Positions 27,550 to 41,996 of a DNA stretch of 64,000 bases are shown here, in pieces. The position numbers and the translations under genes were made by a program. Position 1 is the first letter of the stretch; each line of letters opens with the position of its first letter. The notes beneath the pieces were generated by a model that was given only the letters and a program-made list of their open reading frames with translations, searched no databases and was not told the DNA's origin. This stretch comes from an uncultured delta proteobacterium. GTDB lineage: Bacteria > Desulfobacterota > Binatia > DP-6. The stretch spans positions 64,001 through 128,000 of the forward strand of contig CAWFFN010000008.1 in the NCBI GenBank assembly GCA_963815115.1. Reading direction: 5' to 3'.

Positions 27550-27583
27550 CTAACGCGAGCGTCCCGGCTGATGCCACCAACCC

Positions 27584-27835
27584 TCAGGTCGGTCGATGCG
27601 ACCGCGCCGCGAGGATGGCCCGCACCAGCTCGTCGGGAACGGCGGCGGGCTCCGGCTCGTCGCGACCGCTCTCGCGCGCGAGCCGGATCGTCTCCGCATA
27701 GCCGCGGAGGTAGGCGACGCACTCGGCGCACTCGGCGAGATGCTTCTCGAACAGCGTGCGCTGCGGCGCACCGAGCGTTCCCTCGAGGTAGTCGGCGAGG
27801 AAGTCGACCACCTCGCGGCACGCGAGCGTCGTCAC
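27584..27835 (-). CDS. Zinc-finger (zf-HC2) soluble anti-sigma factor
   Basis: CREVVDFLADYLEG...HLAECAEC; alternative in-frame ATG at 27925 with RBS. Confidence 0.88.
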   Translation of the reverse strand: MTTLACREVVDFLADYLEGTLGAPQRTLFEKHLAECAECVAYLRGYAETIRLARESGRDEPEPAAVPDELVRAILAARSHRPT

Positions 27836-28100
27836 CCCGCACCCCCCGCGGCGTGGGGCCGCTCGATGGGCGAGGGACCGGGGAAACGGGGTAGTCGGGG
27901 CGTCCGGTCTGTCGGCGCGCGGCATCGGTCCCTCCGGGTTCACGTCGTGGGCACTCCTGGCTGCTTCGATGCCCGGATCGCAGCGGCGTTTCTTTTCGGC
28001 TCGCCGCCGGGCCGGCGCATGGACGGCCCGGCGGGGTCGCCCATGGCTCGAGGTCGCCCACGCCGCGCCGCACCCCGACACCCCCGGGACGTGCCGAAGC

Positions 28101-28135
28101 GCCGAGGATTCGGCATGGATCCGCGAAATACCGCG
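28101..28135. promoter_or_regulatory. Candidate sigma54 enhancer palindromes
   Basis: GCCGA-GGAT-TCGGC (28101-28114) and CGCG-AAATAC-CGCG (28122-28135), about -140 and -118 from the predicted +1. Confidence 0.45.
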
Positions 28136-28220
28136 ACCTCGGCGCCGCCACAGGGGTCCGATCCCGTTCGCACGTACTGTTTTTTCAGCGCTTTCGCCTC
28201 CGAGTGGACCCGGACCTGCT

Positions 28221-28236
28221 CGGCACATCCCTTGCG
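28221..28236 (+). promoter_or_regulatory. sigma54 promoter
   Basis: CGGCAC-ATCCC-TTGCG; T-tract upstream near 28179-28185; ATG at 28250. Confidence 0.7.
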
Positions 28237-28249
28237 CTGTGACCGGCCC

Positions 28250-29158
28250 ATGATGCGAGTCACACGGATCGGAAGCGGAGACGCGGGGGAGACGCTGGGA
28301 GTCGAGGGTCGCCTCACACGGGAGAGCGCACACGAGCTGCGCGCGGCTTGCGAGGCTGCGCTCGCCGAGCACGACGCGCTCGAGCTCGACGTGTCCGGCC
28401 TTCGCTTCGTCGATGCGACGGGCGTTGCCCTCCTCCACGACCTCGGAGCGCGCGGGATCCGACTCGCAGGGTGCTCCGGGTTCATCGCCGAGCTGCTGCG
28501 AGACCCGCCCTCCGCCTCCGCGGCCGATCGGCCCGCGACCGAGCGCGCGCTCGTCGCACGCCTGCGCGACGGGGATCCGGACGCCTTCGACACGGTCGTC
28601 AGGCAGTACGGCGGCCGCATGCTCTCCACCGCGCGGCGGTTCGTCGGCAACGAGGACGAGGCGCACGACGTGGTCCAGGAATCGTTCCTCGCGGCGTTTC
28701 GCGCGATCGGCTCGTTCGCCGGCTCCTCGCGCTTGTCGACGTGGCTGCACCGCATCGTCGTGAACGCAGCCCTCATGCGGCTCCGGAGCCGGCGCCGGCG
28801 CCGAGAGGATCCCATCGACTCCCTGCTGCCGCGCTTCGCGGACGACGGACGCTGGGCGGAGTCTCCGGCACAGTGGAGCACGCCGGCCGACCGGTTACTC
28901 GAGCGCCGCGAAACCAGGGCGATGGTGCGGAGCGCCATCGATCGGCTGCCGGCGAGCTACCGTACCATCCTCCTGCTGCGCGACATCGAGGAGCTGGACA
29001 CGGTAGAGACCGCAGCGTCCCTCGGCATCACGGTCAACGCGGCCAAGATCCGCCTGCACCGTTCCCGCCAGGCCTTGAAGACCCTCCTCGAGCGAGCCTT
29101 GCTCTCGCAGGAGCAGCCCGTCGCGTCCTGCGACGCCTCGCGCGCGGTCTCCGCGTAG
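28250..29158 (+). CDS. STAS domain-ECF sigma factor fusion
   Basis: VEGRL...LDVSGLRFVDATGVALL, then DVVQESFL...STWLHRIVVNAAL and region 4 KIRLHRSR. Confidence 0.88.
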   Translation: MMRVTRIGSGDAGETLGVEGRLTRESAHELRAACEAALAEHDALELDVSGLRFVDATGVALLHDLGARGIRLAGCSGFIAELLRDPPSASAADRPATERALVARLRDGDPDAFDTVVRQYGGRMLSTARRFVGNEDEAHDVVQESFLAAFRAIGSFAGSSRLSTWLHRIVVNAALMRLRSRRRRREDPIDSLLPRFADDGRWAESPAQWSTPADRLLERRETRAMVRSAIDRLPASYRTILLLRDIEELDTVETAASLGITVNAAKIRLHRSRQALKTLLERALLSQEQPVASCDASRAVSA

Positions 29159-29233
29159 CACCCGGATCGGCCTCGACTGGGGGCCGACCGGAATGGTACG
29201 CCCTCGTTCGAGGAGCATCCCGCGGGAAACGGC

Positions 29234-31933
29234 GTGAGTGATCAGGACGAACGGCGGGCGCCTCTCCCCGAGGATGTCGCCCTGCGCGCGATCGTCGAGG
29301 GCGTCGAGGCGGAGCTCGGTGACCGGTTCTTCGCCTTGCTGGTGCAGCACCTCGCCTCCGCCCTCGACGTGCAGTATGCGTTCGTGTCCGAGATCGCTCC
29401 GGACCGGCGATCCTTTCGGACGCGGGCGCTGTGGGGTCGCGGACGCCTCCGCGACAACCTCACCGTACCGCTTGCCGGAACGCCGTGCGAGGCGGTGCTC
29501 GGCGGCGAGAGCGCGCATCATCCCGAGAACCTCCAGGCGCTCTTCCCGAGAGATGCCGGACTGGTCGAGTGGAACGCGGTGAGCTACTGCGGTGTCCCGC
29601 TGCTCGATCGCTCGGGTGTCGTCACCGGCCATCTCGCCATCGTCGACGACCGGCCGATGCGAGACGGTCCGCGCGGCCTGTCCATCCTGCGCATCTTCGC
29701 AGCGCGGGCCCGCGCCGAGATCGAGCGCGTGCACGCCGAGACGGCGCTGCGCGCGAGCGAGCTGCACTACCGGGCGCTCTACGAGAACGCGCCTCTCGCC
29801 TACATTGCCTACGATGCGGAGCGCCGCATTCGCCACGTCAATCCCGCCTTCGTGGAGCTCTCCGGATTCGACGAGGCGGAGGTGCAGGGGCTGTCGTACT
29901 CGACGTTCTCGCCCGGTCCGGACTGGGAGGCACGCTTCCGCGAGGTCTTCGACGTCGCGGAGCAGGGACGCATCGGGCTGTTCGACGTCCAGGCCCGCCA
30001 TCGGGACGGGGCGCCGCGCTGGGTGCGCGTGACGGCGCGTGCGATTCGCGGCGTCGCCGGCCGCCTCGAGGGCTTCTTCACCCTCGCCGCCGACATCACG
30101 ACCCTCAAGGATGCCGAGCGCAAGCTGCGCGAGAGCGAGACGCTCTATCGCGAGCTCTACGAGCACGCGCCGCTCGCGTACTTCACGTTCGGGACCGATG
30201 GCACCCTGCAGCGCTGGAACGAGCGCGGCCCCGAGATCACCGGATACGGCGACGACGAGCTGCGCGGCATGCGGACGGCCGACTTCCACACCGACGCGCC
30301 CGCGAACCGGGAGGCCTTTGCCCGTCTCGAGCGCGAGGTCTTCCAGGAGGGACGCGACCTGGTGGCGGAGGTGGAGGGCCGCCGCAAGGACGCCAGCACG
30401 TACTGGGCGCGCGTCTCGCTGAGCCCGCTGCGCGACGAGACGGGCCGGATCACGGGAGCGCGCTCGATCGCGCAGGACATCACCGAGCTCCACCTGGCGC
30501 AGGAGGCCGTGCGGGAGAGCGCGGCACAGCTCTCCGCGATCATCCAGACCGCGCTCGACGCGATCCTGGTGATCGAGGACGACCGGCGGATCGTGCTCAT
30601 CAATCCGGCGGCGGAGCGGGTCTTCCGCTGCACCGCCGCGGACGTGATCGGCACGTCCGTGATGCGCCTCGCCACCCCGGCGGCCGCCGAGTCGTTCGCC
30701 CGGGCCATGGACGACATCCGCGCGGGACGGAAGGCCTTCAGCCTGACCGAGCCCGGGCTCAGATCGCGCCGCCTCGACGGCGAGGAGTTCGAGTTCGAAG
30801 GCGCGGTCTCCGCCGCCCGGATCGGCGGCCGCCTGCGCTACACCATCTACCTGCGCGACCTCGGCGAGCGTCGCCGGCTCGAGGCCGACCAGCAGCGTCT
30901 CGAGCTCCAGACCGCCTACCTGCAGGAAGAGATCAAGGCCGTCCACAACTTCGAGGAGATCGTCGGCAGCAGCGCGGTCCTGCAACGGGTGCTGGCCCAG
31001 GTCGGTCTGGTCGCGGCGACCGACTCCTCGGTCCTCATCTGCGGGGAGACGGGGACCGGCAAGGAGCTCGTGGCGCGCGCGATCCACGCCCAGAGCGCCC
31101 GGCGCAGCCGCCCGCTGGTCAAGGTGAACTGCGCCGCGCTTCCGAGTGGGCTCGTCGAGAGCGAGCTCCTGGGCCACGAGAAGGGGGCCTTCACGGGCGC
31201 CACGGAGCGCCGGACCGGTCGCTTCGAGCTCGCGCACCGCGGCACGATCTTCCTGGACGAGGTCGGCGAGCTGCCCCTCGACGTCCAGGTGAAGCTGCTC
31301 CGCGTGCTCCAGGAGCGGGAGTTCGAGCGCGTGGGCGGCAGCCAGACCGTGAAGGTGGACGTGCGGGTCATCGCGGCGACCAACCGCGACCTCCCCGGGG
31401 CGGTCGCCGCGGGAACCTTCCGCCAGGACCTCTACTACCGGCTGAACGTGTTCCCGGTGACGCTGCCGCCGCTGCGCGAGCGCACGGACGACATTCCCCC
31501 GCTCATCCACTACTTCGTCGCGCGCTACGCGGCGAAGATCGGCCGCAAGGTCACCCGGGTGCCCCAGGAGACCATGCAGCGCCTCGTGGCATACTCCTGG
31601 CCAGGCAACGTCCGGGAGCTCGAGAACGTCATCGAGCGCGCCGTCATCCTCTCTCGCGGGCCGGAGCTGACCGTCGCACCGGACGTGCTCCCGGAGCCCG
31701 CGCCGTCCCCCGCTCCAACCGGCGCGGAGCCCGCGCGGAGCGCTCGCGCGCCCTCCGCTCCGGCGGCGCTCCGCGACGTCGAGCGCCAGCACATCGTGAC
31801 GATCCTCAAGCAGACCGGCTGGCGGATCGACGGACCGCAGGGCGCCGCGCGCCTGCTCAGCATGAACCCCAGCACGCTCCGCAGCCGGATGCAGAAGCTC
31901 GGCATCCGGCGGAGCGCCGCGGAGCTCTCGTAG
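29234..31933 (+). CDS. FhlA-like sigma54 enhancer-binding protein (GAF + 3 PAS + AAA+ + HTH)
   Basis: [37 protein letters not shown], Fis-type HTH. Confidence 0.95.
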   Translation: MSDQDERRAPLPEDVALRAIVEGVEAELGDRFFALLVQHLASALDVQYAFVSEIAPDRRSFRTRALWGRGRLRDNLTVPLAGTPCEAVLGGESAHHPENLQALFPRDAGLVEWNAVSYCGVPLLDRSGVVTGHLAIVDDRPMRDGPRGLSILRIFAARARAEIERVHAETALRASELHYRALYENAPLAYIAYDAERRIRHVNPAFVELSGFDEAEVQGLSYSTFSPGPDWEARFREVFDVAEQGRIGLFDVQARHRDGAPRWVRVTARAIRGVAGRLEGFFTLAADITTLKDAERKLRESETLYRELYEHAPLAYFTFGTDGTLQRWNERGPEITGYGDDELRGMRTADFHTDAPANREAFARLEREVFQEGRDLVAEVEGRRKDASTYWARVSLSPLRDETGRITGARSIAQDITELHLAQEAVRESAAQLSAIIQTALDAILVIEDDRRIVLINPAAERVFRCTAADVIGTSVMRLATPAAAESFARAMDDIRAGRKAFSLTEPGLRSRRLDGEEFEFEGAVSAARIGGRLRYTIYLRDLGERRRLEADQQRLELQTAYLQEEIKAVHNFEEIVGSSAVLQRVLAQVGLVAATDSSVLICGETGTGKELVARAIHAQSARRSRPLVKVNCAALPSGLVESELLGHEKGAFTGATERRTGRFELAHRGTIFLDEVGELPLDVQVKLLRVLQEREFERVGGSQTVKVDVRVIAATNRDLPGAVAAGTFRQDLYYRLNVFPVTLPPLRERTDDIPPLIHYFVARYAAKIGRKVTRVPQETMQRLVAYSWPGNVRELENVIERAVILSRGPELTVAPDVLPEPAPSPAPTGAEPARSARAPSAPAALRDVERQHIVTILKQTGWRIDGPQGAARLLSMNPSTLRSRMQKLGIRRSAAELS

Positions 31934-32011
31934 GTCAGCGCGCGGGGCGGCACGCGCGCGTCCCCGATGCGCGATCAGCACGCCATGGTCGTCAGACGGA
32001 AGCCACCCTCC

Positions 32012-33214
32012 ATGTCCGAGCCGCGCCCCCCGGTCCGCTCTCGAGTGGCCGTCTCGGTCTTCTTCTTCGTCAACGGGGTCGTGCTGGCGAGCTGGGTTCC
32101 TCACATCCCCGCCGTCAAGGCACGCCACGGGATCTCCGATGGCACGCTCGGCCTCGTGCTGCTCTCCATGGCCCTGGGAGCGGTGTTCGCGCTGCCCCTC
32201 GCCGGCTGGCTCGTCGGTCGCGCAGGCAGCCGCCGCATGACCTCGGCGTCCGGGCTGGCCTTCTGTCTGGCGCTCCCCCTTCCGCTCGTGAGCCCCGACC
32301 TCGTCCTCCTCTCCCTCTCGCTGGTCCTGCTCGGCGCCTGCAACGCAACGCTGGACGTCTCGATGAACGCGCAGGCCGTCGTGGTCGAGGCGGGCTACCG
32401 GCGTGCGATCATGTCCTCCTTCCACGGGGTGTTCAGCCTCGGCGGTCTGGCGGGAGCCGCCATCGCCGGGGCCGTCATGGCGCTTGGCGTCCCTGCACTC
32501 GCGCACGTCGTCACGATCAGCGCCGCCTCCGTGATCGCCCTCGGCTCTTGCCGGCGATGGCTCGTGCCCTCGGCCTCACGGGACCGGCATCCCGAGCGGG
32601 TCTTCGCCAGACCGACGGGCGTCCTGCTCGGTCTCGGACTCCTCTCCTTCTGCGGCCTGCTCGCCGAGGGCGCCATGGGCGACTGGAGCGCCGTCTACCT
32701 GCACGACACGCTCGGGAGCAGCCCGGCGGTCGCGGCGGCCGGCTTCGCGGCGTTCTCGCTCGCCATGGGCGCGGGCCGGTTCGGCGGCGACCGCCTCGTC
32801 GCGCGATTCGGATCCGTTGCCGTTCTCCGTGCCTCGAGCGCCGTCGCTGCGGTCGGGCTGGCCGTCGCACTGGTCATCGGCCGGCCGATCGCCGGAATCA
32901 TTGGCTGCGGTCTGGTCGGCGTCGGGATCTCGAACGTCATCCCGATCCTGTTCAGCGCGGCCGGACGGGTACCGGGCATCCAGGCAGGGACCGCCCTCGC
33001 GGCCGTCGCCACCGCCGGCTACTGTGGATTGCTCGCGGGTCCGCCGCTGATCGGACTCGCCGCGGAGGTCAGCGGCCTCCGCGGCGCCCTGGGAATCGTC
33101 AGCGTCCTCTGCGGCCTCATCACGCTGGGAGCCGGAGCGACGGCGCAATCGGGAGCGCCCGACGCGGACGGCATCGCGAGACGAGTCGAGGGGACCGGGT
33201 CGGAGGTGGGCTGA
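32012..33214 (+). CDS. MFS transporter
   Basis: About 12 TM helices; DVSMNAQA, SSFHG, EGAMGDWS. Confidence 0.9.
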   Translation: MSEPRPPVRSRVAVSVFFFVNGVVLASWVPHIPAVKARHGISDGTLGLVLLSMALGAVFALPLAGWLVGRAGSRRMTSASGLAFCLALPLPLVSPDLVLLSLSLVLLGACNATLDVSMNAQAVVVEAGYRRAIMSSFHGVFSLGGLAGAAIAGAVMALGVPALAHVVTISAASVIALGSCRRWLVPSASRDRHPERVFARPTGVLLGLGLLSFCGLLAEGAMGDWSAVYLHDTLGSSPAVAAAGFAAFSLAMGAGRFGGDRLVARFGSVAVLRASSAVAAVGLAVALVIGRPIAGIIGCGLVGVGISNVIPILFSAAGRVPGIQAGTALAAVATAGYCGLLAGPPLIGLAAEVSGLRGALGIVSVLCGLITLGAGATAQSGAPDADGIARRVEGTGSEVG

Positions 33215-33222
33215 TCCGGAGA

Positions 33223-33887
33223 TCAGCCCGACTTCTCGAGCGCCTCCAGCAGATCGGCGTAGATCCCGCGCTTGAGCGCCGCATAGGTCTGCCGGTCCTT
33301 CCGAGCCAGCGCAGCCGCTCGTGCGATCGCCGCCGGCAGCACCTCGGGTGCCGGCACCGCCTCGTCGACGATCCCGCGCTGGCACGCCTCCGCCCCGCCG
33401 ATCCGCGCTCCCGTCAGCACGACGTCGCGCAGCACGCCGCCGGCGAGACGGTGCTTCACGAGCGCGACCATCCCGGGGTGGAGGGGCAGCCCGATGTCGA
33501 CCTCGTTCAGGCAGAAGAAGCCGCGGTCTGCTCGCATCACGCGGAAGTCGTGAGCGAGCGCGAGCATGCCGCCGCCCGCGAACGCGTGGCCGTTGACCGC
33601 GGCGACCGTCGGCACGCCGAGCCCGGCGACGCGCGCAAAGAGCGCGATCACGGACTCGACGAAGCGCGCCGCCTCGTCCTGGCCGTCGCCGCCCAGCCAG
33701 TCGAGATCCAGTCCGGTCGAGTAGAACTTCTCCTGGCCTCCGGTGGTGACGAGCGCCGCGGACCGCTCGACGCCTCGACCGCGTCCAGCGCGCGGTTGAG
33801 CGCATCCAGGAAGGGACGATTGAAGCGATTCTCGCCTGCCTGCATGGTCAGGACGAAGACACTGCCGTCACGGTCGAGGTCGATCAT
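33223..33887 (-). pseudogene. Enoyl-CoA hydratase/isomerase with a single frameshift near 33760
   Basis: MIDLDRDGSVFVLTM...ENRFN joins ALVTTGGQEKFYSTGLDL...AVNGHAFAGG across frames; may be a sequencing error. Confidence 0.8.
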
Positions 33888-33978
33888 GGCGTTCCTTCCG
33901 ATGCAGTCGCTGGGCGCGCCGGGATTGTGCACGCCCGGGCAGGCCCTGCCAAGGTGCGCGCCGATCCGACCGAGCGCC

Positions 33979-35955
33979 TCAGGCGGTGTCCGGAGCGAGC
34001 ACGACCCGATCGAGACGCATCAGCTCGCCGAGCGACCAGGCCTGGAACGGACAGCCACGCGGCGTGTGCGGCGGTTCAGCGTCCGCGATCTCCGAGACGT
34101 GGCCGAGGCCCGCCTCGTCGAGGTGCCGGAAGAGCGGCCCCAGGAATCGCTCGCGCGCTTCCTGCCTGGCGCCGGCCGTCCCGCCGCGGACGCGGACCCA
34201 CGCCTCCACGAACGGACCCATGAGCCACGGCCAGACGGTGCCCTGATGGTACGCGGCGTCGCGCTCGCGCGCGCCGCCCTCGTAGCGGGGGGCGTAGCCC
34301 GGCTGGTCGGGTGCCAGCGAGCGCAGCCCCAGGGGCGTCAGCAAGCGCGCCTCGACCGCGTCGACCACCCGCCGCGCCCGCTCTCCCTCGACGATGCCGA
34401 ACGGCAGACCGCCGACCGCGAGGATCTGATTGGGACGGAAGGTCGCATCGACGCTACCAGGACGGTGATCGACGTCGACGACGTCGTGCAGACAGCCGCC
34501 GGCCTCGTCCCAGAACCGCGCCTCGAAGGCCGCCCGGCCGCGCTCGTACACCTCGGCCCAGCGCGCCGACAGGCTGGCGCCGATGCGGAGCGCGTTCAGC
34601 CACAGCGCCTGCACCTCGACCGGCTTGCCGATGCGCGGGGTGACGACCCAGTCGCCCACCTTGGCGTCCATCCAGGTGAGCTGGACGCCGGGCTCGCCGG
34701 CCGCGAGGAGGCCGTCATCGTCCGCCTTGATGGCGTACCGGGTGCCGCCGGCGTAGCCCGAGAGGATCGCCTGGATGGCCGCCTCCAGCGTCTGGCGATC
34801 GCGCCGCGTGATGCGGCCGGCGATCTGCAGGAACTCGTGCACGGAGACCACGAACCAGAGCGCGGCATCGACCGCGTTGAACTCGAGCTGCTCGCCACGC
34901 TCGGGGAAGCGGTTCGGCAGCATCCCGTCGGAGACCATGGCGGCCCATTCGAGAAGGATCGCACGGGCGTCATCGAGGCGTCCGGTCGCGAGGCAGAGAC
35001 CGCGGAGCGCGATGAAGGTGTCCCGCCCCCAGTCGCAGAACCAGGGATAGCCCGCGACGATCGTCTTCCCGACCCCGCGCCGCACGAGGTACGCGTCCGC
35101 CGAGCGGTGGAGGCGCGAGGTGAAGCGCCGGCGGCGCCGCCGCTCGACGGCGCGCAGGGTCGCGACGTCCATCGGCGGCTCGCCCCCGTCCGCGGCGAGC
35201 ACCCAGAGGGCCTCGCCGCGCGCCAGGTCCCAGCGGAAGACTCCCGGCGAGGCGAGGTCCTCCACGTGGTCGAGCCCGCGAGCGCGCTCCTCGGTGTAGA
35301 GGAAGTTGCGGTACCAGTCCGGCCCGTGGGCGTAGTTTCCGTTCGACCGAGCGACGATCGCCGGAAGGCCGGCATAGGGCCGCCATACCACGCGGTCTCC
35401 GGCCACCTCGGCGTCGAACCGAAAGGCCGGGTTCTCGTGGTGCAGCGCATGATAGTCCCGCCCCGAGAGCAGCGGCCGCACGGCGAGGGTGACGGCCGAT
35501 CCGCCGCGGAGGCGCCAGTAGAGGGCGGTCGCCGACCGGCCGTGCGGGACGAGCAGGCCGTGCTCGATGCTGCCTCCGTCGGGTAGCGCATACACCCACG
35601 ACGGCCACGGAGCGGGTTCGAACGCCGTGATCCGCTGCGCACCGTCGGGATGGATGACGTCCGGCGTGTAGTGCTGCGAGGTGAGAGCGAGCACGCCGGC
35701 GGGCGTTTCCAGCCACGCCTCGAACCCGTTCACGAGCACGACACGGCCGGCTGGCGGCATCGTCGCGGCCAGCAGGATCGCGTGGTAGCGCCGCGTCCGG
35801 ATCCCGCACACGGTCCCGGACGCGAAGCCGCCGAGCCCATCCGCCTCCAGCCACTCGGCGCTGGCGTCGACGCGAGGGACGATCTTCTGTTCCGCGCTCA
35901 CCGTGTCGAGGCGACCCCGTTCTCGAGCACCGAGGTTCCGGATGACGGCATCCAT
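33979..35955 (-). CDS. Amylo-alpha-1,6-glucosidase (glycogen debranching enzyme family)
   Basis: EWLEADGLGG, AGYPWFCDWGRDTFI, TWMDA, YHQGTVWPW, QAWS; start may be slightly downstream. Confidence 0.92.
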   Translation of the reverse strand: MDAVIRNLGARERGRLDTVSAEQKIVPRVDASAEWLEADGLGGFASGTVCGIRTRRYHAILLAATMPPAGRVVLVNGFEAWLETPAGVLALTSQHYTPDVIHPDGAQRITAFEPAPWPSWVYALPDGGSIEHGLLVPHGRSATALYWRLRGGSAVTLAVRPLLSGRDYHALHHENPAFRFDAEVAGDRVVWRPYAGLPAIVARSNGNYAHGPDWYRNFLYTEERARGLDHVEDLASPGVFRWDLARGEALWVLAADGGEPPMDVATLRAVERRRRRRFTSRLHRSADAYLVRRGVGKTIVAGYPWFCDWGRDTFIALRGLCLATGRLDDARAILLEWAAMVSDGMLPNRFPERGEQLEFNAVDAALWFVVSVHEFLQIAGRITRRDRQTLEAAIQAILSGYAGGTRYAIKADDDGLLAAGEPGVQLTWMDAKVGDWVVTPRIGKPVEVQALWLNALRIGASLSARWAEVYERGRAAFEARFWDEAGGCLHDVVDVDHRPGSVDATFRPNQILAVGGLPFGIVEGERARRVVDAVEARLLTPLGLRSLAPDQPGYAPRYEGGARERDAAYHQGTVWPWLMGPFVEAWVRVRGGTAGARQEARERFLGPLFRHLDEAGLGHVSEIADAEPPHTPRGCPFQAWSLGELMRLDRVVLAPDTA

Positions 35956-36042
35956 GTCAACCTCGAACGACCCATTCTCGACACCCGTTCATGCCGACGA
36001 CTTCCAGGCGCGTGCAAATCTGCCAGACTGGTGGCACCGAAG

Positions 36043-40017
<3,975 letters not shown>

Positions 40018-40082
40018 CCCTCCGCCCGCCGACAGGATGATACCTGGCCGACGAGGATACCGTGATGCCCGGGTTGTGCCGC

Positions 40083-40100
40083 GTGCCGGCATTTCGGCAC
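40083..40100. promoter_or_regulatory. Candidate sigma54 enhancer palindrome
   Basis: GTGCCG-GCATTT-CGGCAC about -137 from the predicted +1. Confidence 0.45.
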
Positions 40101-40202
40101 GGCTGCCGTCGAGCGGGCGCGAGAACCGCGCTCGGTCGGGCCGTGCGGCCGCCACCGAACGGGACGCCACCTGTCTACACGTCTTTGGCGACGGCCGTGG
40201 CG

Positions 40203-40218
40203 CGGCACGTGGGTTGCT
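40203..40218 (+). promoter_or_regulatory. sigma54 promoter
   Basis: CGGCAC-GTGGG-TTGCT upstream of the peroxidase operon. Confidence 0.65.
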
Positions 40219-40305
40219 CTGGGACCCGCGCATGGGAGTCGCGAGCGAGACGCCATCGTCCGATCCTTCTACGCTGCCGAGCCTCCGGATCCCGAGCGCG
40301 CAGCC

Positions 40306-41373
40306 GTGATGGATGACCCGTCGCAGGCGAGCCGCATGGGACGCCTGGCGCTGGTCGGCGTCATCGTCGGCGCCGTGATCGTCGCCTTCGCGTACGCCGG
40401 CGGCTGGCTGACGCCCTGGCGGCTGACGCCGGAAGGACTCGTCGACACCTTCCAGCAGATCAACGGTCCGCATCCCGGATTCCGCCGAAACCACGCGAAG
40501 GGCGTCAGCGTGAGCGGCACCTTCGAGTCGTCCGGCCGGGCGGCGGCGCTGTCCAGAGCCGCCGTCTTCCAGCCGGGCCGGATGCCCGTGGTCGGACGGT
40601 TCTCGCTCGCGGGGGGCAACCCGAATGCGGTCGACTCCCCGGAGACCGTCCGCGCCCTGGCGATCCGGTTCTCCCTTCCCGACGGCGAGGAGTGGCGCAC
40701 CGCCATGATCAGCCTCCCGGTGTTTCCCGTCCGCACGCCCGAGGCGTTCCGTGACCAGCTCGTCGCCATGGCTGCCGACCCCCGGACCGGCAAACCCGAT
40801 CCCGCGAAGGTGCAGGCGTTCCTTGCCGCGCACCCGGAATCCGCCCGGGCACTCGCGGTGATCAGGACGGAGAAGCTGTCGTCGGGCTTCGAGAACACCA
40901 CCTACTACGGGCTCAACGCCTTCGCGCTCGTGAGCTCGTCCGGCAAGTCGACGCCCGTGCGCTGGTCGACGGTGCCGCTCCAGCCATTCGCCCCCGTCGC
41001 GGCACAACCGTCGACCGATCCGAACTTCCTCTTCGACGCGCTGATTGCACAGGTGGAGCGGAGCCCGCTGCAGTGGCGCCTGGTCCTCACGATCGGTCGA
41101 CCCGGCGATCCCACCAACGACGCCACGATCGCCTGGCCGCCGGATCGCGAGCAGATCGACGCCGGCACGCTCACGATCGACCGCATCGAGAGCGACGACA
41201 GCAGCCCCGTTCGCAACATCACCTTCGACCCGCTCGTCCTTCCCGACGGCATCACCGGGTCGGACGATCCCCTGCTGAGCGCTCGCTCGGCCACCTATTC
41301 GGTCTCCTTCACGCGACGTCTCGGCGAGCCTGCATCGCCGAGCGCCATCTCGCCGGCGGCGATCCATCCGTGA
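40306..41373 (+). CDS. Catalase-related peroxidase (SrpA-like)
   Basis: RRNHAKG, RFSLAGG, FDPLVLPDGI, ARSATY; N-terminal anchor. Confidence 0.92.
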   Translation: MMDDPSQASRMGRLALVGVIVGAVIVAFAYAGGWLTPWRLTPEGLVDTFQQINGPHPGFRRNHAKGVSVSGTFESSGRAAALSRAAVFQPGRMPVVGRFSLAGGNPNAVDSPETVRALAIRFSLPDGEEWRTAMISLPVFPVRTPEAFRDQLVAMAADPRTGKPDPAKVQAFLAAHPESARALAVIRTEKLSSGFENTTYYGLNAFALVSSSGKSTPVRWSTVPLQPFAPVAAQPSTDPNFLFDALIAQVERSPLQWRLVLTIGRPGDPTNDATIAWPPDREQIDAGTLTIDRIESDDSSPVRNITFDPLVLPDGITGSDDPLLSARSATYSVSFTRRLGEPASPSAISPAAIHP

Positions 41374-41381
41374 GGCACGCC

Positions 41382-41957
41382 ATGCCCACCATCCGACAGT
41401 TCGCGTGGTCCTCCCGCATCCTTCACTGGCTGATGGCCGCGATGATCCTGGCGATGCTCTTCATCGGAGTCGCGATGATGGCCTCGCTCGCCGACTACCA
41501 TCTGCTGCTCTCGATCCATCGTCCGCTCGGCATCATGATTCTCGGCCTGGTCATCGTCCGGTTCGTCAACCGTCAACTGACCACACTGCCGCCGTTCCCG
41601 CCGACGATGTCGTCGTCCGAACGCCGCGTGGCCGAGTGGTCGGAGCGATTGATGTACGCGTTGATGTTCGCCGTGCCGTTGGTCGGCTGGGCGATGCTGT
41701 CGGCCGCGCGGTTCCCGATCGTGCTCTACGGACCGATCCGCCTGCCGCCCATCCTCCCCGTGAACGCGGCGCTCTACACCGTCCTGCGCAGGGCGCATAC
41801 GGTGCTGGCGTACCTGTTCTTCTTCACCGTCATCGCGCACTTCACCGCCGTCCTCTTCCACACCCTGGTGATCCGGGACAGGCTGCTAGAGCGTATGGTG
41901 CCATGGCGGGCGGCTCCGACCGCGCGACCCGCGCCATCGCCCAGGCATCCTGCCTAG
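41382..41957 (+). CDS. Cytochrome b561 family
   Basis: LHWLMA, IHRPLG, AHTV, IAHFTAVLFH. Confidence 0.88.
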   Translation: MPTIRQFAWSSRILHWLMAAMILAMLFIGVAMMASLADYHLLLSIHRPLGIMILGLVIVRFVNRQLTTLPPFPPTMSSSERRVAEWSERLMYALMFAVPLVGWAMLSAARFPIVLYGPIRLPPILPVNAALYTVLRRAHTVLAYLFFFTVIAHFTAVLFHTLVIRDRLLERMVPWRAAPTARPAPSPRHPA

Positions 41958-41996
41958 TGGGTTGCGGCATGCCTTCCGGGGCTGCACAGAGGAGAG

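Noticed and set aside
29431-35586. 2051-aa ORF and other very long Arg/Ala/Pro-rich ORFs (e.g. 18954-22421, 28895-32506)
   Set aside because: Shadow frames of real genes in high-GC DNA; no recognisable motifs.
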